From NCBI GenBank assembly GCA_964385105.1, contig CAYLMU010000003.1:2470-66469 (forward strand): DNA of 64,000 bases, in the 5' to 3' direction. The stretch is from an uncultured Candidatus Saccharibacteria bacterium (GTDB lineage: Bacteria; Patescibacteriota; WWE3; UBA101185; UBA10185). Below, piece by piece: positions 48,261 to 58,987 of this stretch (position 1 is its first letter; every line of letters starts with the position of its first letter). The notes under the pieces were generated by a model. That model did not search any database, was not told the origin of the DNA, and saw nothing but the letters and a program-made list of their open reading frames with translations. The position numbers were made by a program, and so were the translations under genes.

Positions 48261-49208
48261 TTACCCATTTAACTCACCAAACACCATTTTTCCCGCCGGA
48301 GTTTGTATTAACTTAGAGACTGTAACTAAAACCTCTTCTTCAACCTTGTTTGAAGCAGCACTAACAACAACCATTGTTCCATCTTCCAAATACCCAACTC
48401 CTTGGCCCGGTTCTTTACCTTCATGCACGATTTTTATGTGCAATTGCTCCCCCGGTACAAATACCGGTTTTATTGCTTCAGCCAGTAGATTTAAGTTTAA
48501 AACTTTTATTCCCGATACTTTTGCTACTTTGTTTAAATTGAAATCCAAAGTCATTATGCTTAAGTTGTATTTTTTTGCGAGATTAACAAGCTCTTTGTCT
48601 ACTCCTTGTTCGTTGTCTTTGTTACGCATTATATGTACTTTGGTAGCTTTTTTAAGTTCACCAATTAAATCAAGCCCCCTGCGACCTTTGCTTCGTTTTA
48701 GGTCATTTTTGTTGTCGGCCAGCAAATGAAGTTCGTCTATCACAGAATCCGGTATAACCAAAATACTTTGAATAAATCCTGCCTGAGCAATTCCAAGAAT
48801 TCGACCATCAATTAATACCGATGTATCAATTAAAACCCCATCTTTTAGCTTAGATTTTAGTTTATCTTCTTTTTCTTTCTTTTTGGATTTGGAATCTTTT
48901 TTGCGCTGATCTCTCGCATCTTCCATTTTTTTCATGTATTGATTCCAAAAGTCTCCCACCAGTTTTTGTATGGTGGCTGAAACTAAAGCTTCAAGCCAAT
49001 CTTTTATTATAAAAAAATATTTTGGAACGAGGTAAAATCCAATTAAGCCTGTAGCCACGGATATTATGGTCTCAGCAACAAACGGTACACCAAAAAGCGG
49101 ATACTCATTGAAAAATATGGAATTTGAAAAAATCAGCCCCGCCGTAAACATTATTGCGGCTATTGATAATCTAACTATTAAATTAAATGTTCGTTCATTT
49201 TTGTTCAT
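48261..49208 (-). CDS. yacL: PIN/TRAM-domain membrane protein (YacL-like).
   Basis: N-terminal TM helices. PIN region GVLIDTSVLIDGRILGIAQAGF...VIPDSVIDEL. C-terminal TRAM-like beta domain. Immediately upstream of radA, as is commonly the case. Confidence 0.75.
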   Translation of the reverse strand: MNKNERTFNLIVRLSIAAIMFTAGLIFSNSIFFNEYPLFGVPFVAETIISVATGLIGFYLVPKYFFIIKDWLEALVSATIQKLVGDFWNQYMKKMEDARDQRKKDSKSKKKEKEDKLKSKLKDGVLIDTSVLIDGRILGIAQAGFIQSILVIPDSVIDELHLLADNKNDLKRSKGRRGLDLIGELKKATKVHIMRNKDNEQGVDKELVNLAKKYNLSIMTLDFNLNKVAKVSGIKVLNLNLLAEAIKPVFVPGEQLHIKIVHEGKEPGQGVGYLEDGTMVVVSAASNKVEEEVLVTVSKLIQTPAGKMVFGELNG

Positions 49209-49209
49209 T

Positions 49210-50565
49210 TCATCTCTGTTTATTTATAAATGACTTGTTAATGGCGTCTCGAATGGTTTTTGTATTTGAAGGATTTATTACATTATTGTACCCCAGTTTG
49301 TTGGCTTCTTTAACTCTTTTTTCTTCCGACGGAACTCTTCTAATTTCACCCAAAAGCCCTGTTTCGCCAAATGCGACTGTGCCTTTAGGTAAAGGCTTAT
49401 CTTTAAGTGACGAGGCTATAGCTAAGCAAACCGCCATATCAGCAGCATATTCGTCTATTTTAAAGCCTCCTGCTACATTAACGTAAACATCATGGTTTGA
49501 TAAGTTTAATCCCGCTCTTTTTTCTAAAACAGCAATAAGCACTTTAAGCCTGTTTACGTTAAAACCGCTTGTTGTTCTTACAGGATAGCCAAATGCGGTT
49601 TTGGTAGTTAAAGCCTGAATTTCAAAAAGCAAGGGTCTATAACCTTCCATAACAACTGTTGTACACGACCCCGGAACATTACTGTTGCTATCTTTTAAAA
49701 ACAATTCAGAGGGGTTTGTTACCTCATTTAACCCCTCTTCTGTCATTTCAAATATACCAACCTCCGAAACAGGCCCAAATCGGTTTTTTGTGGTTTTTAA
49801 GATTCTAAACATATGCTGGGCATCACCTTCAAGATACAACACTGTATCTACCAAATGTTCTAAAACTTTTGGACCGGCAATTGAGCCCTCTTTTGTCACA
49901 TGTCCAATTAAAATCATTGGTATTCCAAGCTTTTTTGCAGTTTGTGCCAAAATTTGCGCTCCTAATTTTACTTGACCTACAGACCCTGCTATACCGGTTA
50001 ATTCGTCACTCACAAGAGTTTGTATTGAGTCAACAATAATTAACCCTACTTCTTCTTCACCGGCAGTATGTTCAACAGTTCTTGCAATTAGGTCTGCGTT
50101 TGTTTCAGAAATAGTTAACAAATTTTGCGGTTCATAATTCATTCTGTCTGCTCGTAATTTAATTTGCTCAGGACTTTCTTCACCGGCTACATATATAACT
50201 GTAGATTTTTCATTATTTTCGTTTGTCATACTTTTTGATATTTGGGTAAGTATAGTACTCTTTCCAATTCCCGGCTCCCCTGATAAAAGAATAACCTGTC
50301 CATTTACAAAACCACCTCCTAATACTCTATTAAATTCATTAATTCCTGATGACACCCTTTGTACTTTTTTAGGCTTAACATCAGATAATCTTTGGGTTCT
50401 GGCTACAGACCCCCCAGACGCGGATTTTGCTGATTTACCGGCAGTATTTTGTACCAACGTCTCTTCAAATGTATTCCATTCACCGCAATCAGGGCATTGA
50501 CCCATCCATTTTGGGCTTTCAAATGCACAGTTTTGGCAAACATATAAAGATTTTAGCTTTGCCAT
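49210..50565 (-). CDS. radA: DNA repair protein RadA/Sms.
   Basis: N-terminal zinc finger CQNCAFESPKWMGQCPDCGEW. RecA-like Walker A GEPGIGKST. KNRFG motif. C-terminal Lon-protease-like domain. Confidence 0.9.
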   Translation of the reverse strand: MAKLKSLYVCQNCAFESPKWMGQCPDCGEWNTFEETLVQNTAGKSAKSASGGSVARTQRLSDVKPKKVQRVSSGINEFNRVLGGGFVNGQVILLSGEPGIGKSTILTQISKSMTNENNEKSTVIYVAGEESPEQIKLRADRMNYEPQNLLTISETNADLIARTVEHTAGEEEVGLIIVDSIQTLVSDELTGIAGSVGQVKLGAQILAQTAKKLGIPMILIGHVTKEGSIAGPKVLEHLVDTVLYLEGDAQHMFRILKTTKNRFGPVSEVGIFEMTEEGLNEVTNPSELFLKDSNSNVPGSCTTVVMEGYRPLLFEIQALTTKTAFGYPVRTTSGFNVNRLKVLIAVLEKRAGLNLSNHDVYVNVAGGFKIDEYAADMAVCLAIASSLKDKPLPKGTVAFGETGLLGEIRRVPSEEKRVKEANKLGYNNVINPSNTKTIRDAINKSFINKQR

Positions 50566-50626
50566 ATGTTCATAATATCACTTGTGAGTTAAAGGTGAGT
50601 TAGAGAATTCTCGTAAAACAAGAACA

Positions 50627-52927
50627 TTAAACCAAAATGTTTATTTCAAGTTGGTCATTTTTTGCTACTGCACTTAGTTTTAGGGGTCTTACAGAATTTT
50701 GCAATAACACTTTTGCTACCTCATCAAGTAAATTCCTTTCCACCACGCGCCTTAATGACCTGGCACCATATTCTTTTGAATAACCTAACTTAAGCAAATG
50801 GTCTTTTGCCGATTTATTTAAACGTAAGCTTATTTGCTGTTCTTTAAGGTTTTTGTCCACTTCTTTTAGCAATAAATCCAAAACTCTCATTTGATCTTGT
50901 TTTGTTAAACGCTTAAATACAATTACCTCGTCAAATCGGTTTATAAGCTCAGGCTTAAGAATTTTCTTTAAATTTTGTTTAAGGTTTTTTGCTATTGTCT
51001 CTTCTTCTGCCGTTGCAATAGATTCTGTGAATCCGATTTCCTGATTGTGTAGTATTTCTGTACCCAAGTTACTGGTTAATATAATAACAGCACGTGAAAA
51101 ATCAAAAACATGTCCTTTTGCATCAGAAAGTTCTCCTTCTTCCATTATTTGCAATAAAATGTTTAATACATCAGGGTGTGCTTTTTCGATTTCATCAAAC
51201 AAAACCACACTGTTTGGCTGTAATTCTATTTTTTGAGTAAGTTCTCCCCCCTCGTTGTATCCGACATATCCCGGAGGCGCCCCAACCAGACGTGCAACAG
51301 TATGCTTTTCACTAAAATCACTCATATCAAGCCTAATTAAGTGATTAAACCCTACTCCGCCAAATGCATGTTGGGACAACACTTTTGCAAGTTCTGTTTT
51401 ACCCACACCTGTTGGACCTAAAAACAAAAAACTCCCAATCGGTCTTTTTTTAGGCCTTAGACCTAGCTTTGATCTTATTAAAGCGCGTGCAACAGAATCT
51501 ACGGCCTCATCCTGTCCTATGATTTCTTTTTTTATTCTCTGGGATAAATCACTTAACAACTGTGTGTCTACCTCTTCATCTTGAGATTTGGTCATATTCA
51601 TTTCTCGCAAAGTGTCGTCTATATCCTGTTTTGTTAATACAACCGGACTACTTGTTACCATTTTGTCCTCATAACTCGTAAGTTTTTTTTCGTATTCTCT
51701 AATTTTGTCCTGATGAACCGCTGCTTCTTCATAATTTCCTTTGTCTAAGCTTTTGTCCATAGCCTCAAAAAGCATCATTGTTTTATCTACCAAGTTTTTG
51801 TAACCTTCTGGAACTTTACTTTTTTTCACCAAAACACGAGCACAGGCTGCATCGAGTAAATTTATACCCTTTTGTGGAAATTTAATGTGATGTATATGTT
51901 CTAAAGATGAGTCATAAACGTAATCAATAACGCCGGGCTCCATTTTAATATTATGAAATTCCTCAAGTGCACTGGCTTTGGTGTGTAATATTTCAAGTGT
52001 CTTTTGTTCCCCCGGCTCCGGTACTTCAATTATGGTAAAGTTTTGAAAAATATGGTCATTATCTGCAGTAATGCGGTCATAAACAGACGATGAAATCGTG
52101 GCAATAAAGTTAACACCTGATGACTCAAGCGTATCGCGCAATGCCGGAAATATAGCCGGTATTCCAACTCCTGAACCCGTTGGAATAAATAAGCTTTCAA
52201 AATTTTTAATACTCAGTATTACCCTATTTAAACTCTGCAACTCTTCATGAAGCTGCATCAGAGTAAAATCAATATTACCTTTGGATGCAAGACTTGAAAT
52301 ATAATTCATTAAATCAAACTCAATTACTCTATAGCCTGCTAAATGAGGCGGTACATCAAGAGATGCAATATCCCGTACCAGCAAATTAATCAACGAATTC
52401 TTGCCTACACCCATATCACCAACAATTAATGCATTGGAATTTTCTTTTTTTAAAAACACAGAAACCAGTTGCTCAAGCTCTTTTCTTTCTACCAAAGGTT
52501 CTTTATATAATTTGTATAAATTTCTACTTAAATCAACGCCATAAGCATCTATGAGTAAATTGTCTTTTTTTGCAGGATTGAGTACTTTTAATGCTTTTGG
52601 AAACAAGTTAGTACTCAAAAGATTTTCTTTTACTTTTTCATAATCCGGGGATTTTGTTATTTTAAGCAACGACAACAATAAATGCTCCGTACCAACATAT
52701 GGATGTTCTAATTTTGATGACTGGTAATATGCTTCGGTTACCAACTGATTTACATCAATCGCTACTCTCTTATTTATCTTTGCTTTAGGAAAATTTTTTA
52801 ATAACAAACCGGCCAAGCCTGCAGATTTAGTTAATAAAGTAACTATTTCTGCAGATTTAACCACCTTTTCGTCAGATAGCTGAGTTATTACGTACTTAGC
52901 TCTTTTAGTTAATCTATGTAACGGCAT
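50627..52927 (-). CDS. clpC: ClpC/ClpA-type AAA+ chaperone (Clp protease ATP-binding subunit).
   Basis: Clp_N repeats at the N-terminus. NBD2 Walker A GPTGVGKTELAK, sensor and ClpB_D2-small region. NBD1 P-loop is degenerate (GDMGVGKNSL). Confidence 0.85.
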   Translation of the reverse strand: MPLHRLTKRAKYVITQLSDEKVVKSAEIVTLLTKSAGLAGLLLKNFPKAKINKRVAIDVNQLVTEAYYQSSKLEHPYVGTEHLLLSLLKITKSPDYEKVKENLLSTNLFPKALKVLNPAKKDNLLIDAYGVDLSRNLYKLYKEPLVERKELEQLVSVFLKKENSNALIVGDMGVGKNSLINLLVRDIASLDVPPHLAGYRVIEFDLMNYISSLASKGNIDFTLMQLHEELQSLNRVILSIKNFESLFIPTGSGVGIPAIFPALRDTLESSGVNFIATISSSVYDRITADNDHIFQNFTIIEVPEPGEQKTLEILHTKASALEEFHNIKMEPGVIDYVYDSSLEHIHHIKFPQKGINLLDAACARVLVKKSKVPEGYKNLVDKTMMLFEAMDKSLDKGNYEEAAVHQDKIREYEKKLTSYEDKMVTSSPVVLTKQDIDDTLREMNMTKSQDEEVDTQLLSDLSQRIKKEIIGQDEAVDSVARALIRSKLGLRPKKRPIGSFLFLGPTGVGKTELAKVLSQHAFGGVGFNHLIRLDMSDFSEKHTVARLVGAPPGYVGYNEGGELTQKIELQPNSVVLFDEIEKAHPDVLNILLQIMEEGELSDAKGHVFDFSRAVIILTSNLGTEILHNQEIGFTESIATAEEETIAKNLKQNLKKILKPELINRFDEVIVFKRLTKQDQMRVLDLLLKEVDKNLKEQQISLRLNKSAKDHLLKLGYSKEYGARSLRRVVERNLLDEVAKVLLQNSVRPLKLSAVAKNDQLEINILV

Positions 52928-54042
52928 TATTTTTCTTCTTCAAGTCTTCTGGTGCTTAATGCAAGCTTTTGTTTAGATCCATCTACATTCGTAACAATAG
53001 CCTCAACCTTATCCCCTATTTTGAGCGGAGTAGCAGCCTCCGACACATGAATCAAACCGTCTAACCCTTTTTCAAGATTAACAAACGCTCCAAATGGAAC
53101 GATTTTGCTTACAACACCTTCGACTTTTGTTCCTTCCGAATATCTTTCTTCTACACCTTCCCAAGGATTTTTTATAAGTTGTTTGACGCTTAAAGCCAAT
53201 TTCTTTGATTTATCATCAATACCCAAAACTTTTACCTCAATTGGAGATCCAACAGAATAATAATCAGCCGGGTTACTTACTTTTTCCCATGCAATCTCAC
53301 TAATATGAACAAGCCCTTCAACTCCGTTTAAATCAACAAACAATCCAAAAGGCATAACACCGGTTACAATACCTTCCAAAATGTCACCTTCGTTTATCTG
53401 ACTTAATTTTTCTTCACGTGCTTCTTCACTATATGTAGCTGCAGCTTCTTTTTCAGATAAAACGAGCCTATTTTTTGCTCTATCATGCTCAATTACTTTT
53501 ACTTTCAACTGTTTTCCTGCTAAAACCTGCAAACTCTCTTTTAACTCTGCTTCATTACCTGATGCAGTATTAGTTAAATCTTCAGCAAAATGCACGCGGT
53601 CTAAGTGCGACAAAGGAACAAAGCCCCTCATACCTAAACAGTCCACCAACAATCCTCCTTTTGTATATTCAAGAACTGTTACTTCAAGCACTGCGCCGGT
53701 TTCATATGCATCCTCAATATTGCTCCATTTTCTATCTTTTTCAGCCCTTTTAAGTGAAAGAACCAAATACCCCTGATCATTCTCAGACTGAATAACCATT
53801 GCCAAAACAGTATCCCCGGGCTTTAGATTTTTATAAGATTTATCTGAATCAACAAGTTCTTCACCTGTAATTATTCCTTCACTTTTTGCACCCACATCAA
53901 CCAAAACCTCATTTGACCCTGCCGATACAACAACACCTTCAACCAAATCGCCAAATTGAAACTGCTTAATATCAATGTCACTGTCTTTGAGCAGTTTAGT
54001 CATCACGGAATCTTCTTTGTGTATAGTTTTTGCTTTTGCCAT
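52927..54042 (-). CDS. rpsA: 30S ribosomal protein S1 (four S1 domains).
   Basis: Repeated S1 OB-fold motifs (G.V.G.V..I..FGAFV.L..G.DGL.H.S). Confidence 0.8.
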   Translation of the reverse strand: MAKAKTIHKEDSVMTKLLKDSDIDIKQFQFGDLVEGVVVSAGSNEVLVDVGAKSEGIITGEELVDSDKSYKNLKPGDTVLAMVIQSENDQGYLVLSLKRAEKDRKWSNIEDAYETGAVLEVTVLEYTKGGLLVDCLGMRGFVPLSHLDRVHFAEDLTNTASGNEAELKESLQVLAGKQLKVKVIEHDRAKNRLVLSEKEAAATYSEEAREEKLSQINEGDILEGIVTGVMPFGLFVDLNGVEGLVHISEIAWEKVSNPADYYSVGSPIEVKVLGIDDKSKKLALSVKQLIKNPWEGVEERYSEGTKVEGVVSKIVPFGAFVNLEKGLDGLIHVSEAATPLKIGDKVEAIVTNVDGSKQKLALSTRRLEEEK

Positions 54043-54267
54043 AAAAAATAAAGTAATCGTTTTGAAACTATGTACTGCTGCATTCGGAACAAAACGACAA
54101 AGCCCGATTTACCAGCGTATGAAGTATATAGTAATGTATTTTATTTTACAAGGAATATGTTTTTTGGTTATAGCAGAGGTGTGGATGACGTGGTTTTGAT
54201 TTCTAATTAAAAAAAGAAGTGAACTTTTAACTATTGCTAGCAAAAGAACACTTCTTATTTACATCGA

Positions 54268-54612
54268 CTATGCAAAAAGCTGTGGCCAATTTATTTTAGG
54301 TATAAACTTTATACCTAGCCTCCTATACTCATTTTCCACGTCATGATTGTCGGATGTTCCAATGATAATACCAGGTGAAACGCCTTGAGCTATAAGCCTT
54401 TTAGCGCAAACTATACCGGCTTCCGGGTTATTATCAAAACGGGTATCAAGTATAATCAGGTTAAATGGCCCGTTTGTAGATAATTGTTCAAGCGCTTCTT
54501 GACAGGTGGTAACCTGCACCAGCTCACCAATTCCTGAAATCTCCGCAAAAGCACGGGCTAATGCCCTATGATCCGGAGAATCCTCAACCTGCAACACTCT
54601 AACTTTTTCCAT
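54268..54612 (-). CDS. Stand-alone response-regulator receiver (REC) domain protein.
   Basis: CheY-like fold: acidic pocket (LQVEDS), phospho-acceptor region IILDTRF, T/K positions. No output domain. Confidence 0.65.
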   Translation of the reverse strand: MEKVRVLQVEDSPDHRALARAFAEISGIGELVQVTTCQEALEQLSTNGPFNLIILDTRFDNNPEAGIVCAKRLIAQGVSPGIIIGTSDNHDVENEYRRLGIKFIPKINWPQLFA

Positions 54613-54622
54613 TTCTCATCCT

Positions 54623-54985
54623 TTATTCTTTTAACAATCTCTTAAGTGTTTGTATAAGTATCTCAACACCAGAGAAATCTAATTTATCAACCACACGTTT
54701 AGCCCCCGCAGATGTAAATACTCCTCTTGGCAAAGTGCTGGCTGTAAACATTACAATCTTAGCTTCAGGATGTTTTTTGAGTATCCTTGGAATTGCTTCT
54801 AATCCAGATAATCTACCTTCACCAAAGCTATCATCCAGTACAATTACAGCAACCCCTTCTAAAGTGCTAGCCAACAAATCTTCAACGGTTGAAAATACTT
54901 TAACTTCATACCCTGCACTCCTTAACTTACCACTCACATACATTCTAGCTGTGGTGTTATCATCAGCATAGGCAACGATTTCCAT
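54623..54985 (-). CDS. Stand-alone response-regulator receiver (REC) domain protein.
   Basis: ADDNTTARMYV...VIVLDDSFGEG...KIVMFTAS... CheY-like. No output domain and no kinase nearby. Confidence 0.65.
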   Translation of the reverse strand: MEIVAYADDNTTARMYVSGKLRSAGYEVKVFSTVEDLLASTLEGVAVIVLDDSFGEGRLSGLEAIPRILKKHPEAKIVMFTASTLPRGVFTSAGAKRVVDKLDFSGVEILIQTLKRLLKE

Positions 54986-55120
54986 CTTACTCTCCTTTTT
55001 TACGAGTGTAAATTATAGGCATTGTGTTATGCCACGTCTTTTACACTATCGGTATAAGCCAATAAAATTTGAGTGAATATTATCAATAATTTTAGGAATT
55101 TACAAAAACTGATAAGCAAT

Positions 55121-55237
<117 letters not shown>

Positions 55238-55380
55238 ATTACCTACCAGTATTTAAATTTCAAAAAGTACTCAATTTGTGAGCAAAAGCGATGGACCCAG
55301 TAAACCCGAAATGGGCAACCGGACCCTCGATTTTGCTCACAAAAGAACTACGCTCTGACAAGACGTAGTATGCTGATAAA

Positions 55381-55425
55381 GAAAAACAATCTGCAGGCCT
55401 GAAAGGCCGAAGCCGTTTTTCGTAT
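55381..55425. repeat. 45-nt structured repeat, copy A, in the 23S-5S spacer (gaaaaacaatctgcaggcctgaaaggccgaagccgtttttcgtat).
   Basis: 44/45 identical to 58943-58987. Outer 7-bp stem GAAAAAC/GTTTTTC enclosing GGCCTTCGGCC-type inner hairpins. Confidence 0.7.
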
Positions 55426-55932
55426 CAGCATACGAAGCTGTACTCTAAAAACTGAACAAAACTTTGATTAAGCCCAATTACTAAAAGTCTTAATTTAAAG
55501 ATGCGCACACATTAGTACTGCTTAGCTAAACACATTACTGTGCGTACACTTGCAGCCTATCAACCTGGTAATCTCCCAGGAGGTACGTCCGATAAATCGG
55601 AAGAATTCTAATCTTGGGATGGGCTTCGTGCTTAGATGCTTTCAGCACTTATCCCGACCGAACGTAGCTACCCAGCGATGCCACTGGCGTGACAACTGGA
55701 ACACTAGAGGTTCGTCCGCTCCGGTCCTCTCGTACTAGGAACAGCCTCCCTCAGAATTCATACGCTCGTTGTGGAAAGAGACCGAACTGTCTTACGACGT
55801 TCTGAACCCATCTAACGCGCCTCTTTAATGGGCGAACAGCCCAACCCTTGGAACCTGCTTCAGCTCCAGGATGAGACGAGACGACATCGAGGTGCCAAAC
55901 ACCGCCGCCGCTATGAACGCTCGAGCGGTATT

Positions 55933-55965
<33 letters not shown>

Positions 55966-56456
55966 AAGTTCCGAGCTTACCATAAAGCATTCGGAAGATC
56001 ATTAAGACCTACTTTCGTAACTGCGCGACTTGTGTGTCTTGCAGTAAAGCTCCCATATACCTTTACGCTTACAGCGCCATTTCCATCGGCGCTAAGGGAA
56101 CCTTTGTGCTCCTGCGTTACTTTTTAGCAGGAAACCGCCCCAGTTAAACTGCCCATCAAGCATTGTCCTCGTACCCGATAAGGGCACACAGTAAGACTCA
56201 TAATATTAGAAGAGAGGTGTTACATTGGCGACTAGCTCACCTAAGCGAGCTAATCTCCCTCCTACGCTATACAACTAATATCACTTGTCAATGCCAGACT
56301 ACAGTAAAGCTCCACGGGGTCTATTTGTCCAACAACGAGTAACCGGCATCTTCACCGGTAGTTCAATTTCACCGAGTCCGTGATTAAGAGAGTGCTCAAG
56401 TCGTTACGCCTTTCGTGCGGGCCGGAACTTACCCGGCAAGGGATTACGCTTGTTAA

Positions 56457-57184
56457 TTCTTCATCTATATTAAATAGACTTTGAGTAACCTTCCCAGTGT
56501 TACTCCTGCATGTCGCCATGCAGACGCCACTATATCTTCATGCACTAGCATGTTTGGCGTATAGTGTGTGAGGATTCAAGAAACTTTGGAGTAACCTTAC
56601 GATTCATAAGACTACATAATAATGCAATCTCATGTATACCGTTAAAATTAAGGTGTTTCCTTTGTTCAATCAATTCCATAATTTCGCAGAATAATTGAAA
56701 ATCATTTTGCTTACTTGTTCTTAATTTGTGTGCCCTAAAAAAAGGTACTATTTTTGAATTAAGATCTGTAATGGATCTCACACAATAGCGATAAAGGTCT
56801 TCGTTGTGATTATCAAACCTTCTGTTTAAATATACTTTTCCACATCCAAAAAAGTTTTGGAAAATGTAAAGAACATTTTTACTCTTTGCTGATTGTGTGA
56901 CTATGAACTCTGGAAATACCTGCCAACCGGTTTTGCTCGTGGAGTTTTTTAGTATGCTTACTGTAAAAGCACCCTCCCCATCTACAAACCCAATTATCCA
57001 ACCAATGGTTTCTTGTCTTTCCTGCTGATTGTCCGCACTTGCTGCATTTTCACTCAACACATCCGAATATTATCCGAACATGTTAAGTAGCACAAGATTC
57101 TTTATTCTACTTTTAATAGACACTACCTTTTTTAGGTAGACGGAGTTTCCAGCATATAGCCAAATTTTACTATGGCGGCGCGAT
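56457..57184 (-). mobile_element. Group I-type intron in 23S rRNA (insertion near the E. coli 1917-1923 region, helix 69-71 area) carrying a homing-endonuclease ORF. Boundaries approximate.
   Basis: 23S exon homology (…ACGGCAGCAGTAACTATAACTGTTCTA) stops at ~57190 and resumes at ~56456 (CGTAATCCCTTGCCGGGTAAGTTCC…). An intervening ~730 nt contains a LAGLIDADG ORF. Confidence 0.6.
56545..57060 (-). CDS. LAGLIDADG-family homing endonuclease (single-motif type) encoded within the 23S intron.
   Basis: IGWIIGFVDGEGAF matches the LAGLIDADG motif. 171 aa, typical for homodimeric I-CreI-like enzymes. Confidence 0.8.
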   Translation of the reverse strand: MLSENAASADNQQERQETIGWIIGFVDGEGAFTVSILKNSTSKTGWQVFPEFIVTQSAKSKNVLYIFQNFFGCGKVYLNRRFDNHNEDLYRYCVRSITDLNSKIVPFFRAHKLRTSKQNDFQLFCEIMELIEQRKHLNFNGIHEIALLCSLMNRKVTPKFLESSHTIRQTC

Positions 57185-58033
57185 TCACCATAGAACAGTT
57201 ATAGTTACTGCTGCCGTTCACCCGAGCTTCGACCAAAAGCTCATTCACAATTGCACAAGTGCAAAAGTAAGATCACCTCCAGCTTTAACTTACGGGCACT
57301 GGGCAGGCGTCGGCCCCTATACATCCCCTTACGGGTTTAGCAGAGACCTGTGTTTTTGATAAACAGTCGCTTGAACCATTTTTGTGCCCCCTACGTATCT
57401 CTACGCAGGGCATCCTTTTCCCTAAGTTACGGATGTAATTTGCCTAGTTCCTCGATCACGGTTCTCTCGTTCGCCTTGGTATTCTCTACCTGTCTACCTG
57501 TGTCGGATTGCGGTACGGATATCATAGGATCTCCCTAGAAGATTTTCTTGGAAGCTTAACGCAGCTAAATCAGCGGTATTACCCGCTTTTCCACCGGCTC
57601 GTATAAACGCCTGTGCGGATTTGCCTACACAGACTGACTTGCCTTCTGGACTGGAATCCTTAACCAGCCTAGCCTATCAAACTCCGTCCCTCCATTGGTA
57701 ATAATGATCAAATGATAGTGCAGGAATATTAACCTGCTGTCCATCGGTTACGCCCTTCGGCCTCACCTTAGGACCGACTTACCCTCCGTTGACTGACATA
57801 GCGGAGGAAACCTTAGACTTCCGGCGGGGTGGGTTTTCACCACCCTCTCGTTACTCATGCCCACATTCTCACTTGATGCCGCTCCAGCATACCTCACGAT
57901 ACACCTTCAGTGCAGACATCAATGCTCCCCTACCATCCATTAAAATCTAAAAGAAATTAATGAATCCACAGCTTCGGTTCTTTGCTTTAGCCCCGTTAAA
58001 TCATCGGCGCGAAACCGTTGAACTAGTGAGCTG

Positions 58034-58076
<43 letters not shown>

Positions 58077-58645
58077 AGCTGTCTAAACAGTTTCACTTCC
58101 TTACCCACTAAGCAAAGATTAGGGACCTTATCTGATGGTCCGGGTTGTTTCCCTCTCGTACCAGGAACTTGCTCCCTAGTACTGACTCCTAAGTTGAAGA
58201 TTTGCGCATTCGGAGTTTGGTAAGAATGGGTACGCTTGCGCGCCCCAATTCTTTTCAGTATCTCTACCTCACAAATCCATAATAACTTAGGGCTATACCT
58301 AAATATATTTCGGGGAGAGCCAGCTATCGCCGAGTTCGATAAGCGTTTCACCTCTTACCACAAGTCATCCCAGCATTTTTCCGCATACACGGGTTCGGTC
58401 CTCCGCCTGTCTTTCGACAGGTTTCAACCTGCTCATGGTAAGCTCACTCGGCTTCGGGTCTAATAACATATACTAAAGCGCCCTTTTAAGACTCGCTTTC
58501 GCTGCGTCTACACAACTGAGTTGCTTAAACTTGCATATGTTATTAACTCGCGGGCTCATTCTTCAATAGGCACAACATCACACCACAAGGGTGCTCTGTC
58601 AGCTTGTTTGCATACGGTTTCAGGTTCTATTTCACTCCCCTAACA

Positions 58646-58677
<32 letters not shown>

Positions 58678-58942
58678 TGTTCACTATCGGTGTCCTCATG
58701 TATTTAGCCTTAGCTGATGGTCCAGCTGTATTCACACAGGGTTTCACGTGCCCCATGCTACTCTGGATAAACCCAAGAAGGCATTTTTGTTTCGAATACA
58801 GGGCTATTACCTGCTATGGCGCAGCTTTCCAGCTGGCTTCTTCTACAAAAATACTTTTTTACTTCTTTGTCATTCAAGATGACGTAGGGCTTTCCTAACC
58901 CCCTAATCTTAAAACTTTGTTTCAAAATATTTGTGCAATTAA

Positions 58943-58987
58943 GAAAAACAATCTGCAGGCCTAAAAGGCCGAAGCCGTTTTTCGTAT
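58943..58987. repeat. 45-nt structured repeat, copy B, inside the 23S rRNA domain I (candidate intervening sequence/expansion).
   Basis: gaaaaacaatctgcaggcctaaaaggccgaagccgtttttcgtat. Lies after the GAGTAGCGGCGAGCGAAAAGG...AGCCCAAACC block, where E. coli has no corresponding sequence. Confidence 0.7.
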
